Shown: positions 20,460 to 29,914, numbered from the stretch's first letter. The stretch: 64,000 nt of DNA from Desulfomonilia bacterium (GCA_963664325.2 CAXXDQ010000004.1:96001-160000); one strand, 5' to 3'. Numbers and translations are program-made. The notes: a model not told the origin generated them from the sequence alone.

Positions 20460-21920
20460 GTGAAATCAATCAACGGGCTTGAACCGGAGCTGCTCTGGAA
20501 GGAATTTGCTGAGCTTTCAGCAATCCCCAGGAATTCCAAAAACGAGGCCGGATCAAGGGATTTCGTTATATCGAAAGCAGAAAAATACGGGCTTGACTAT
20601 AAAACCGACAGGGCGGGGAATCTGGTTGTTTATAAACCCGCCAGGGACAGCGCAACAAATAAAGCGGTAATCCTCCAGGCCCATCTGGACATGGTATGCG
20701 AGAAAAACAAAGACAAGGTGCATGACTTCAAGAAAGATCCCATCAGACTGGTCCGTGACGGAGATTGGATTAAAGCCAGTGGAACAACGCTCGGGGCCGA
20801 CAACGGTATCGCCTGCGCCGCAATGCTTGCCATCATGGAGGATCCGTCCCTGGTGCATCCCGGCCTTGAACTTTTCTTTACGGTTGATGAAGAGACGGGA
20901 CTTGCAGGTGCGGTCAGAATGGACCCGGCGCTTATCAAGGGCAGGACTCTCATCAACCTCGATTCAGAGGAAGACGGCATCATGTATATCGGATGCGCAG
21001 GGGGAAAGGAAACAGACCTGAGGTTTAATATCAGAAGAAGCAGGCCCCCTCAAGGGCATAAGGCCGTTGCCGTAGGGGTTACTGGACTGAAAGGCGGCCA
21101 TTCCGGAACAGACATTCATGAGGGCAGGGGCAATGCGATTAAGATCCTTGCAGGTCTCCTCGTATCTGCCGGCGTTGATTTCAGGCTGTCAACGATTTCA
21201 GGCGGCAACCTGCACAATTCGATACCCAGGGAAGCCGAAGCTGTCGTCACGGCTAATCCTTCCGGGCTTGACAGACTCAAGGTCCATTCAGAAGCGGTTC
21301 TGGGCAGATTGAAAAAACTGCTTAAAGGGGTGGACGAAGGCCTTGATATAAAAGTCGAGGATATGGCATCCCTGCCGCAGGATGTAATACCGATAAAGGA
21401 ATCTGCAAGGCTTATGGAAGCCTTGAACGCCATCCCCTCAGGCGTTATCGGGGTCGATATGCAGCATGGCGTGATCGTGACATCAACGAACCTTGGCGTT
21501 CTGAAAACCGGGATTGATTCCGTGGCAATCAAGACCATGCAGCGGAGCATTCATCTGGAAGCAATGACCGGGCTGGCGGGCAGCATCGCATCAATCGGGA
21601 GGCTTGCAGGCGCTGAGGTTATCTACGGGAACGAATATCCCGCCTGGGAACCCGATTTCAATTCCCGTGTGCTCAAGGTCTGCAGGCAATGTTATCTTGA
21701 ATTGTTCGGCAGTGAGCCCCAGGTCAAGGTAATCCATGCGGGTCTCGAATGCGGGGTGATCGCCGATAAGATCCCGGGCATAGAAACCATATCGTTCGGT
21801 CCCACCATCGAGCATGCGCATTCCCCCTTCGAGAGGGTGAGGATAGAAAGCGTCGGAAAGTTCTGGGAGCTTCTTCTGTCAGTAATAGACAAGCTGGCAA
21901 GACAGAAGGCCACACCTTGA
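20460..21920 (+). CDS. pepD: Aminoacyl-histidine dipeptidase (M20C)
   Basis: QAHLDMVCEK, TTLGADNG, TVDEETG, NLDSE, GGHSG, HAGLECG, HSPFE. Confidence 0.93.
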   Translation: MKSINGLEPELLWKEFAELSAIPRNSKNEAGSRDFVISKAEKYGLDYKTDRAGNLVVYKPARDSATNKAVILQAHLDMVCEKNKDKVHDFKKDPIRLVRDGDWIKASGTTLGADNGIACAAMLAIMEDPSLVHPGLELFFTVDEETGLAGAVRMDPALIKGRTLINLDSEEDGIMYIGCAGGKETDLRFNIRRSRPPQGHKAVAVGVTGLKGGHSGTDIHEGRGNAIKILAGLLVSAGVDFRLSTISGGNLHNSIPREAEAVVTANPSGLDRLKVHSEAVLGRLKKLLKGVDEGLDIKVEDMASLPQDVIPIKESARLMEALNAIPSGVIGVDMQHGVIVTSTNLGVLKTGIDSVAIKTMQRSIHLEAMTGLAGSIASIGRLAGAEVIYGNEYPAWEPDFNSRVLKVCRQCYLELFGSEPQVKVIHAGLECGVIADKIPGIETISFGPTIEHAHSPFERVRIESVGKFWELLLSVIDKLARQKATP

Positions 21921-21970
21921 CCTCAATTAAACAGGCAATATATATTAGGTATTAAGCAGGAGGAGGGTTT

Positions 21971-22915
21971 ATGGGGGTTGATTGCATAATTGCAGCCGGA
22001 GACGGCAGGGCGGCAAAGAAGGTCTTCAAAAAAAACAAGGCCCTGCTGGAGGTCGACGGCAAACCGATCATCAGGCATATTGTCGAGACCCTAAAATCCT
22101 GCAATGAAATAGGACAGATAGTCGTAGTCGGGCCCCAGAAAAAATTTGAAGCGGTAATAGGGGATCTTGGCGTACGTATCATCGAACAGCGCCGGAACCT
22201 TACTGAAAACGGCTGGGAAGCATTCCTGCAGACCATACCCGAGTACCGGGAAACCGGAGTTTTAACAGATGAGATATCGACGAAATACAGGGAAAAGGCG
22301 GTCCTCGGCCTGCCCGGGGACATACCGCTCCTGACTGTCAGGGAATTGAACGAGTTCATAAAAAAATGCGATATGGAGAAATACGACTACTGTGCCGGGG
22401 TGACTTCGGAAACAATACTGAAACAGTTTGAACCCAGGAAAGGCAAACCCGGCATCAAGATGGCGACATTTAATGTGAGGGACGGCAATTTCCGCCAGAA
22501 CAACATGCACATGGCAAAACCCTTCAAGCTGAAATACGGGATAGACCTGGCGCTTAAGATATATGAATACCGGTACCAGAAAGAACTGTTAAATATTGTC
22601 CGCACCATAGGAGAGATAATCAAATTCGGGCCCAAGCATATAGTAAGGTCCTTATGGCTTTATTTCCTGCTCCAGGTATCCACAGGGCTCTCTTCAATTG
22701 GGCTCAAGCCCCTGGCCAGGCTGACCAGCTATCCTGTCACAAGGGCGGAACTTGAAAGCCTCTTTACCGGGATACTCGATGCAAAGGTCAAAATAGTGGA
22801 GACCACCGAGGGCGGGGCAGCACTCGATGTTGACAATGAAAAGGACTTCCTGATCCTATCGATCAGGTACAAGGAGTGGCTGGCTATGTTTATGAACAGA
22901 TATACAGCGCCATAA
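21971..22915 (+). CDS. Nucleotidyltransferase-fold protein (MobA/NTP-transferase-like), function unknown
   Basis: AAGDGR...NKALLEVDGKP, GDIPLL, LDVDNE. Confidence 0.7.
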   Translation: MGVDCIIAAGDGRAAKKVFKKNKALLEVDGKPIIRHIVETLKSCNEIGQIVVVGPQKKFEAVIGDLGVRIIEQRRNLTENGWEAFLQTIPEYRETGVLTDEISTKYREKAVLGLPGDIPLLTVRELNEFIKKCDMEKYDYCAGVTSETILKQFEPRKGKPGIKMATFNVRDGNFRQNNMHMAKPFKLKYGIDLALKIYEYRYQKELLNIVRTIGEIIKFGPKHIVRSLWLYFLLQVSTGLSSIGLKPLARLTSYPVTRAELESLFTGILDAKVKIVETTEGGAALDVDNEKDFLILSIRYKEWLAMFMNRYTAP

Positions 22916-22952
22916 TTTTGCATACCTTTTTACTTCTTGCGTAAACGGATTC

Positions 22953-23040
22953 AGCTGTTAAGCTATTAAGCTGTTGAGCTGTTAAGAAAAATCTTTTCAG
23001 CCTTTGATTCTGCTTAATAGCTTATTAGCTAATCAGCTTA
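22953..23040. repeat. Octamer tandem repeats (AGCTRTTR x4) with three inverted degenerate copies
   Basis: agctgtta-agctatta-agctgttg-agctgtta ... taatagct-tattagct-aatcagct. Confidence 0.75.
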
Positions 23041-23043
23041 TTG

Positions 23044-23102
23044 GTACGCCTCACTCCTCGATTTCGTCGTTTTGCAGTCTGCTTTGTTATGATGTCATGT
23101 AC
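23044..23102 (-). repeat. Truncated half copy of the MITE/REP-like element, inverted relative to 27126-27184
   Basis: First 26 nt match the reverse complement of the right copy at 25/26; about 44/59 overall by manual alignment. Confidence 0.75.
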
Positions 23103-23415
23103 AAAATGCATTCCTTCATCCTTCGGATAACTTAGTCAGTAGCGATTTCTTATAAAAATCTGGACTGCGATGGCCTTTTCCATGATTATAGATCTCCGTT
23201 TGCTATCTTCAAAATTGGTCAACCATCGATAACCTCAAGGAATATGGATTTTGATATGCGATGTCTCCAAGTGTAGATTACAATTGAGAACCTCTAATTT
23301 TGTGTCTGGTTTGAAAGCAATTATTTATTGAAAATATTCAATATAGGCAACGTAATGATTTGGCATGGGATTTTCAGTATTAACCTCGGAACACAAAAAG
23401 AATTAGTGATAGGTA

Positions 23416-26220
23416 TTACCCCTTACTCTGTCGAGGGAATAGTGGATACCATTTTTGTTTATTGCTTAATTCCCCTTTTAACCACAATGCTGTGAAAGTA
23501 TATGTTGGTGTATTCCATGGCAATATTAAACATTGCTGTGCATCATTATAACCCAATGCTGATTTTTCAATTCTGCTTTCATCCCAATTATTTTTATAAG
23601 TTCCTGTTTTGTCTCTTTTTGTGTTTTTAAGTAGTTGTTCTCCTACGAGTTTCAACGCTTGTTGAACAAGGTTTTTTTGGTTTTCAGACTCAAATGGGTA
23701 ACATGATGTATTATTAAAAAGTGGTGATGGAAAAGAATTGGCATAGAATAATTCTACAGTTAGCCCTAATGATTTTAGTGAATCTTCTATAAATTGTTTT
23801 TTTTCTTTATTTGCAAAACAGTAACATAAAGCTATTTTTGCTTTTTTTATATTATCAAGCTCATCATATTTTAGTTTAATATCATGGCTTTCTGGTATAA
23901 TTCTCTTTTCTATTGGTAACCCACACATTTCTTGAAAAATTGCTATGGTTTGACTACCAGAATAATAAGCATCATCAATAAATACAATTGGCTTTTTAGG
24001 ATCGAATATTCCACCTAAAAACATATGGATTGTATTGACGTTTAATTTTATTCCATTTTGTTCAAGATCATTTAGATAGTATGTTATATGCGTTGAGCCA
24101 TCTTTAAGATTACCTATATTACATATATTTAAGTCAAGGATATTTTTTCCATATTGAGAAGCTACCTTTAGGAGCATCTTGTTTAAACTTTCACCGATTT
24201 TTTTTCTGTTTAAGATTTCTATCTGTTTTAAAAATATTATAAGCCCTGAAAATAGTTCGTCTAAGCTTCCCTTGGGAATATCTAATGCGACAAATTGTTT
24301 TAAAAATGAAGTTAATTGAGTTATACTATTTATTCCATATCCCAGTGGGCCCTCATAAGGTTTAAATTTATCAATCAAACCTGATAAATCATTCTTTTTA
24401 TCTTTATAAATACTATAATCAGGAATTATCTCATAAGTATCCTTATAATATTCTTTGCTAGTTAATTCATGTTTTAGTTTTATGAGGTCTTCTTCTTTAA
24501 TTTTCACTTTTAAATATGAATCATTTTGTAACAGGATACCGTAATCTCTAATCAGCACTTTCTCTGTTGCTAGATATAATTCATGTTTAAATTTTGAAAC
24601 TCCAGTAATATAATGAAGAATTATGGATGTCTTACGACTGTTATCCCAAGTTTCACCTTGGAATAATTCACTATATGGCAAATATGATCCACTATACTCA
24701 ATTGGAATCTGATAACCAGAACTTAAAGACTGAGGATATGGAACAGGAAGTGTCATTAAGTTTAATGATTTAATATCAACATCTGGATGTATTATTTTAA
24801 TAATTGTTTCTAATTCGATTTTAATTTTTTTAATAAATTCAGTTTGCTTATCAGGGTCAACAGCAGTGAATATGTCTTTTATTAATGTATCAGGGTCATC
24901 TCCAATATTAGCAGTTGATATACAACCTTGAGAAAAGATAGTACAGGCTCGCTTAAGTAATTTTCGATTGACTAGCTGTTTTATTATATCGCAGGCATCA
25001 CTGAAGAATGGTTCTTTAAAATTTGTATTTAATTTTGCATTTTTAGCCCATGAAGTTAAATATTCTTTTGGTAAATTAGAAGTAATATCATGGTCTGATA
25101 TACAAAGAGCATGTTGAAAATTGCTTAGATTCTGAAAGCCGCTTTTTTCAAGAAGTCTAAGGGCATAGCGGAACATCTCTTCCGCAGTTTGTATTTTATG
25201 ATGATAATAAATTTTCTCCTGCATAAAAGATCTAGATATAATTATCTCCTCAACAGATTTTACTGCAGAAAAAGCTATACCCATTAAATATATTTTTTTA
25301 TCGTTTGGTATTTCATCCCATAAAAAGCCATAACTGAAATCAGTTTTTTCTATTAATCTAATTTTTTGAATCACTCGGTATAAATCAACTGCAACAGGAA
25401 CACCTGTACGTATTGAATCTCTTGCAAGGTAATCACATTTATCAGCATCAATAGGACCCGATATTATTCTGGAAAAAGGAAGGGATTCAAATGTTGTTGG
25501 AACACCTATTATAAATGAACATATTAACCCAATAAAATATTGAACATGCAGTTTCGAAAAATTGGGGCCTAACTTTAAGTAAGGCCAAACTAGTTCTAAT
25601 AACTCTTGAAAGGCAGGGGATGTCACAATAAGACAAGATACAATTTCAGAAAATCTTGGTGAAGCACTATGCGTATTTAAGATAAAATATCTCATGAGCT
25701 CTTTAATTTCATTATTTCTTGAAAAATGTGGACTTTCAAAATATTTTTCTGATACATGACTATAAAAAAAATGGCCAGAATCATGTAAAATAGCAGCTAG
25801 CCTACAAAGTTGTTTTAGATAATTTGTTCTCTCTTCTCCTTTTTTCTGATTATCTGAATGATTAATTTCAGATATTATTTTAGCACAGATATCATCTGTT
25901 ACATATAAAACGCCAAGAGAATGTTCAAACCGTGAATATTCAGCACTAGGGAATAATATACTTGCCAAACCGAGATGATTGATTCGACGCAGTCTTTGAA
26001 TAATTGGACTATCAATAATTAAAACTTCTCCGACATTTAATTCAATTGAGCCCCAAACAGCATCATAGATGTCCTTTTTTTGGCTTATTACATTCGGAAA
26101 TTGTTCAATAGATGATCGTATTTCATTGATATAGTCACGTAAACTATCCTCTGCAAATGAATGTATTTCTTCTCTAATTTTTTTAACAGGACTTGAATTA
26201 AAAAAATCAATTATTTTCAT
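23416..26220 (-). CDS. HD phosphohydrolase (SAMHD1/YdhJ-like) fused to a C-terminal PRTase-like (PRTase-CE-type) domain
   Basis: N-terminal: DAVWG, QRLRRINHLG, SRFEHSLGV, LHDSGHFFYSH, DADKCDYLARD, YYHHK. C-terminal: IVFIDDAYYSGSQ, ALGY..AQ...PWNTPTYT..LW, WYPLFPR. Confidence 0.85.
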   Translation of the reverse strand: MKIIDFFNSSPVKKIREEIHSFAEDSLRDYINEIRSSIEQFPNVISQKKDIYDAVWGSIELNVGEVLIIDSPIIQRLRRINHLGLASILFPSAEYSRFEHSLGVLYVTDDICAKIISEINHSDNQKKGEERTNYLKQLCRLAAILHDSGHFFYSHVSEKYFESPHFSRNNEIKELMRYFILNTHSASPRFSEIVSCLIVTSPAFQELLELVWPYLKLGPNFSKLHVQYFIGLICSFIIGVPTTFESLPFSRIISGPIDADKCDYLARDSIRTGVPVAVDLYRVIQKIRLIEKTDFSYGFLWDEIPNDKKIYLMGIAFSAVKSVEEIIISRSFMQEKIYYHHKIQTAEEMFRYALRLLEKSGFQNLSNFQHALCISDHDITSNLPKEYLTSWAKNAKLNTNFKEPFFSDACDIIKQLVNRKLLKRACTIFSQGCISTANIGDDPDTLIKDIFTAVDPDKQTEFIKKIKIELETIIKIIHPDVDIKSLNLMTLPVPYPQSLSSGYQIPIEYSGSYLPYSELFQGETWDNSRKTSIILHYITGVSKFKHELYLATEKVLIRDYGILLQNDSYLKVKIKEEDLIKLKHELTSKEYYKDTYEIIPDYSIYKDKKNDLSGLIDKFKPYEGPLGYGINSITQLTSFLKQFVALDIPKGSLDELFSGLIIFLKQIEILNRKKIGESLNKMLLKVASQYGKNILDLNICNIGNLKDGSTHITYYLNDLEQNGIKLNVNTIHMFLGGIFDPKKPIVFIDDAYYSGSQTIAIFQEMCGLPIEKRIIPESHDIKLKYDELDNIKKAKIALCYCFANKEKKQFIEDSLKSLGLTVELFYANSFPSPLFNNTSCYPFESENQKNLVQQALKLVGEQLLKNTKRDKTGTYKNNWDESRIEKSALGYNDAQQCLILPWNTPTYTFTALWLKGELSNKQKWYPLFPRQSKG

Positions 26221-26242
26221 TAATACATTATATTATCGTAGA

Positions 26243-26653
26243 TTAACATTCAATCGCTGCGCCAATACAAAATTGTTGAGCAGCTGAAATCATAAAATCT
26301 TTGGGAAGACCATTTAGATTTTTACCAAGGATGTTGCTTGCAACACTAGAAGGAGTATTAATAGATGCAATCTCATATCTTGGGTTTTCTAGTATAAAAC
26401 TAATCCTCGTGCCATTATAAAACTCAAAGGCTTTTTTTAGGCGTACAAAATCACCTTCATATGGGGATTCAACAAAGAGAGTCTCAATGTCTACAATTCT
26501 CTCATATATATCAAAATTTTTATAAATAAAATTTTTTAGATTTGTAACACCTTTTTTGAACTTATCATTTGCAAAAGGAATTTTCTTCACGCCCAAATAA
26601 CTAAATGCTGATATAAGACTTTCAACAAACGATAATTCCTCTCTTGTATTCAT
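26243..26653 (-). CDS. Hypothetical protein, operonic partner of the HD-PRTase fusion
   Basis: 136-aa ORF in AT-rich DNA, SD AAGGGG, stop 22 nt before the next start. Confidence 0.75.
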   Translation of the reverse strand: MNTREELSFVESLISAFSYLGVKKIPFANDKFKKGVTNLKNFIYKNFDIYERIVDIETLFVESPYEGDFVRLKKAFEFYNGTRISFILENPRYEIASINTPSSVASNILGKNLNGLPKDFMISAAQQFCIGAAIEC

Positions 26654-26765
26654 ATTTGCCCCTTACTAAAACACAAAATATAAATTATAAACACAGATGT
26701 AATACATGGGAATAACGACCCTGATACTCTTTTTATAATGTGAATACAATATTACCTCGTATTTA

Positions 26766-26793
26766 ATTATAGTGATTGTTTTGTTATTTTCAA
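26766..26793 (-). promoter_or_regulatory. Sigma70-like promoter for the island operon
   Basis: TTGAAA-16 nt-TATAAT on the minus strand; AT-rich context lowers specificity. Confidence 0.5.
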
Positions 26794-27126
26794 CAAAATT
26801 TTGATATAATTTTGTTTTTTGCGGAAGTTAGGAGAATAATGGGGGACGTGGGGACGTTCATGATAATATGACTAACCATGTCACCTGCAACAATGAATAC
26901 GTCAGGATACTACATGGATCCTGCAATAGTTATCAAAATTACTTGATGATATCTTCATTTTCAGACAGTTTATAAATCATATATCGCTGCCGCAGATATG
27001 CACTGAAAGCAAACCCAGCAAGAGTATAGGTGATGGCATGATATGGAAACTTGAGCAATGCTCACCAAAGGTGATGCCCTGTTATGAAATGGTTAGTAAA
27101 AACTCGGTCTCAACAGGTGAAAGCTG

Positions 27127-27249
27127 TATAGGGCGTTATAACAAAACAGGTCAAGGAGCGACGAAATCGAGGAATGAGGCGTACATTGGCGTACGCCGCA
27201 ATGACGAGATGAGGAGTGATGCAGAGATGTGAGGTTATAGCGCCCTATA
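27127..27249. mobile_element. About 123-bp MITE/REP-like element with 16-bp terminal inverted repeats
   Basis: TATAGGGCGTTATAAC ... GTTATAGCGCCCTATA (1 mismatch); internal GGCGTAC-attggc-GTACGCC palindrome. Confidence 0.75.
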
Positions 27250-27251
27250 TA

Positions 27252-28241
27252 TTACCATTTGGCGTAATGATCCTCCGCCCATCCAGGAATATCTCTTATT
27301 TCAAGGGTCTCCCCGCTTTCAGTCCTTAGCGTTCCTTCAAACGTCCCCATGAACTGTGTGAATTTCGATTTGACCAGCATCGCGTTTACGGCCTCGCCGC
27401 GCTCGGCTTCGGGAGTAAATACCAGGTTCACCCTCCCGTCATATGATGTAATCTTCCAGGGCCTGTACAGGTCGTTTGCGTCAAACTCGAAATTGACGGT
27501 ATCAACCTTTGTCCTGGCGCCTGCCACCCAGAAGGCGTTTTCGGTAAAGCTGGTCTCGTTCACCCCGCAGCAGAGATTGAGACCGAAAGACCGCCCGTCA
27601 GGCAGTGTCGTTGCAGTTGCAGCCCATTCCCAGTATGTGTCGCGGCGCATGAAGCCGGTCGTCCAGTCCATAAGCCCCATGCAGGCAGGTGATGAAATCT
27701 CATATGTCTTTCCCTTGCAGGTTACTTTTCCAGAAACGGGGATCGGGCTCGTTTTCTCCATATAAACCCAGCCCCTGTAGCCGGAACGCGTGCACAGGCG
27801 CAGAGGTTCAGTGGGCTTTGTGAGTTTTACGTCAAGACTTATTTCAGGGGCGCTGGCCATCATCCTGAAAGATGTCAGGGCAATATTAAAACCGCCTGAT
27901 GAAAATGAACTGTCATAGCTCCTGGCCGTTGAGGCAATGCTGCCGCCCATTCCAAGGGGAACGATTTTCTTTGTCTCGGTAAGCGTTTTGGTCTTCCGGT
28001 CATAGACGTACAGAAAACCGTTGGCAAGGTATTTGAGATCGACCACCGCCATGCCCACCATTACATCAGGGCCGATAATACCCGCAAAATGAAACTGGTT
28101 CGCCATGATTTTTTTAAGCAGCCCCGGAACCTTTATGCCCATAGGCGTTCTAAGGTCATAGTCGGAATAATTGACGCTATCAACCGGCTCATCGTAGAAT
28201 CCGAACCTGATTTTGCCTTCGCTTGTTATAAGATTAGACAT
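27252..28241 (-). CDS. DUF2804-like protein
   Basis: DWTTGFMRRDTYWEWA, GLNL..GVNET...ENAFW, F.QF.G.F.G, GWAEDHYAKW. Confidence 0.75.
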   Translation of the reverse strand: MSNLITSEGKIRFGFYDEPVDSVNYSDYDLRTPMGIKVPGLLKKIMANQFHFAGIIGPDVMVGMAVVDLKYLANGFLYVYDRKTKTLTETKKIVPLGMGGSIASTARSYDSSFSSGGFNIALTSFRMMASAPEISLDVKLTKPTEPLRLCTRSGYRGWVYMEKTSPIPVSGKVTCKGKTYEISSPACMGLMDWTTGFMRRDTYWEWAATATTLPDGRSFGLNLCCGVNETSFTENAFWVAGARTKVDTVNFEFDANDLYRPWKITSYDGRVNLVFTPEAERGEAVNAMLVKSKFTQFMGTFEGTLRTESGETLEIRDIPGWAEDHYAKW

Positions 28242-28424
28242 TAGTCCCTCCCCGAACTGAGATATTCATCTATTTATATCACACCTGCCGGGCTGGCAAC
28301 AGTGCTGTTGCTGAAGGTCCGGTTTCATTTATAAATGAATAATGAATTCTTGCCTTGAAAGGGCGTTTATGGGATACTTTCCTTCTGATAAAAACAAAAA
28401 AGAACGAATGTTAAGGAGGGTTGT

Positions 28425-29711
28425 ATGGCGAATGTTGTACTGGTAAGCGGGGCAAGGACTGCTGTCGGGGCTTTCGGCGGTACGCTTAAAGATATCCCGG
28501 CCAAAGACCTTGGCGCACTCGTAATAAAGACGGCACTGGAAAAGACCGGTCTTAAACCCGCTGTTTCCCCAGAGGCCGAAAACGATGCGCCGGATAAGCT
28601 GAAAGGCCAGGGACTGAGCGAAATCGAAAAGAAATATGCCAGACTTGAAAAAGGCAAAGAAATAGTCATTGACGAGGTCATCATGGGAAATGTCCTTTAC
28701 GCGGGACAGGGCCAGAACACCGCCAGGCAGGCCATGATCATGGCCGGTCTCCCCAAGGAAACGACCGCTTTCACAATCAACAAGGTGTGCGCATCAGGCA
28801 TGAAGGCGATAGCGCTTGGCGCGGCGTCGATAAAGGCCGGTGACGCATCAGCTGTAATCGCAGGCGGCATGGAAAACATGAGCGACGTACCGTATGCAAT
28901 GCCGAAGGCGCGCTGGGGATACCGCATGGACATGCCTTTCGGCAAGGTAACGGACCTGATGGTGTTTGACGGCCTCTTTGAAATTTTTTACGGCTACCAC
29001 ATGGGCATCACTGCTGAAAATATCGCCGAAAAATACGGCATCACCCGGGCCGACCAGGACAGGCTGGGGCTTGCGAGTCATAACAGGGCCCTTGCGGCAA
29101 TCAAGAGCGGCATATTGAAAGACGAGATAATCCCTGTGGTCATTCCACAGAAAAAGGGCGATCCTAAAATATTCGATACCGATGAACGGCCGATGGAAAC
29201 GACACTGGAGAAAATGGGCAAGCTGGCAACGGTCTTTAAAAAAGACGGAACTGTCACGGCAGGGAATGCATCGGGCATCAATGACGCCGCCGCCGCATGC
29301 CTGCTCATGGACGAGGACAAGGCCAGGGCGATGGGGCTGAAACCGCTCGCCAGGATAAAAGGATATGCCACAGGCGGGCTTGACCCTGCATATATGGGGC
29401 TGGGACCTATCCCGGCGATCAGGAAACTCATGAGGATTACAGGGACCTCCATTAAAGACTACGGCCTCTTCGAGCTCAACGAGGCCTTTGCGTCACAGGC
29501 CATAGCCTGCATGAACGAACTTGGTATTTCAGAAGATATCTGCAATGTAAACGGTTCGGGAATCTCCATAGGCCATCCCATCGGCTGCACCGGCGCACGC
29601 ATCGTAATTGCGCTGGCATACGAGATGAAGCGCAGAAACATCTCTCTGGGTCTGGCTTCACTGTGCATAGGCGGCGGTCAGGGAATGGCGCTCTCTATCG
29701 AAGCAATTTAG
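28425..29711 (+). CDS. Acetyl-CoA C-acetyltransferase (thiolase)
   Basis: NKVCASG, TAGNASGINDAAA, ELNEAFA, GHPIGCTG, LCIGGGQG. Confidence 0.95.
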   Translation: MANVVLVSGARTAVGAFGGTLKDIPAKDLGALVIKTALEKTGLKPAVSPEAENDAPDKLKGQGLSEIEKKYARLEKGKEIVIDEVIMGNVLYAGQGQNTARQAMIMAGLPKETTAFTINKVCASGMKAIALGAASIKAGDASAVIAGGMENMSDVPYAMPKARWGYRMDMPFGKVTDLMVFDGLFEIFYGYHMGITAENIAEKYGITRADQDRLGLASHNRALAAIKSGILKDEIIPVVIPQKKGDPKIFDTDERPMETTLEKMGKLATVFKKDGTVTAGNASGINDAAAACLLMDEDKARAMGLKPLARIKGYATGGLDPAYMGLGPIPAIRKLMRITGTSIKDYGLFELNEAFASQAIACMNELGISEDICNVNGSGISIGHPIGCTGARIVIALAYEMKRRNISLGLASLCIGGGQGMALSIEAI

Positions 29712-29898
29712 TCTCTGATAATCGAGGCGGGGCGGCTTGTAAAAAAACGCCCCGCTTTGTAAAGAGGGCTGTTATCTGCCTGACTGCTCTTTAAAATATT
29801 TCATCTATTGCCATTCTGTTGCCAGTAAAATGGGCATAATATTTCCACTGCCGGCAATTAAATGATACCTGCAGCATGCTATTCCAACTACTTACATA

Positions 29899-29914
29899 TG
29901 GCACCGGGCATGCA
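29899..29914 (+). promoter_or_regulatory. Putative sigma54 (-24/-12) promoter
   Basis: TGGCACCGGGCATGCA with correct GG/GC spacing, 36 nt upstream of the ATG. Confidence 0.5.

Larger units (their letters stand above)
23103..27125. mobile_element. AT-rich horizontally acquired islet
   Basis: Abrupt compositional shift (about 30% GC by eye), A/T-ending codons, repeats at both flanks; no integrase seen. Confidence 0.7.

Noticed and set aside
23103-23415. Possible third gene or pseudogene downstream of the HD-PRTase
   Set aside because: Only short broken frames; no family could be recognised
27038-27232. 64-aa ORF at the right island edge
   Set aside because: Runs through the MITE-like repeat; no protein features
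22916-27250. Retron or CRISPR interpretation of the island and its repeats
   Set aside because: No reverse transcriptase or cas gene; the repeats are 8-mers or palindromes without unique spacers
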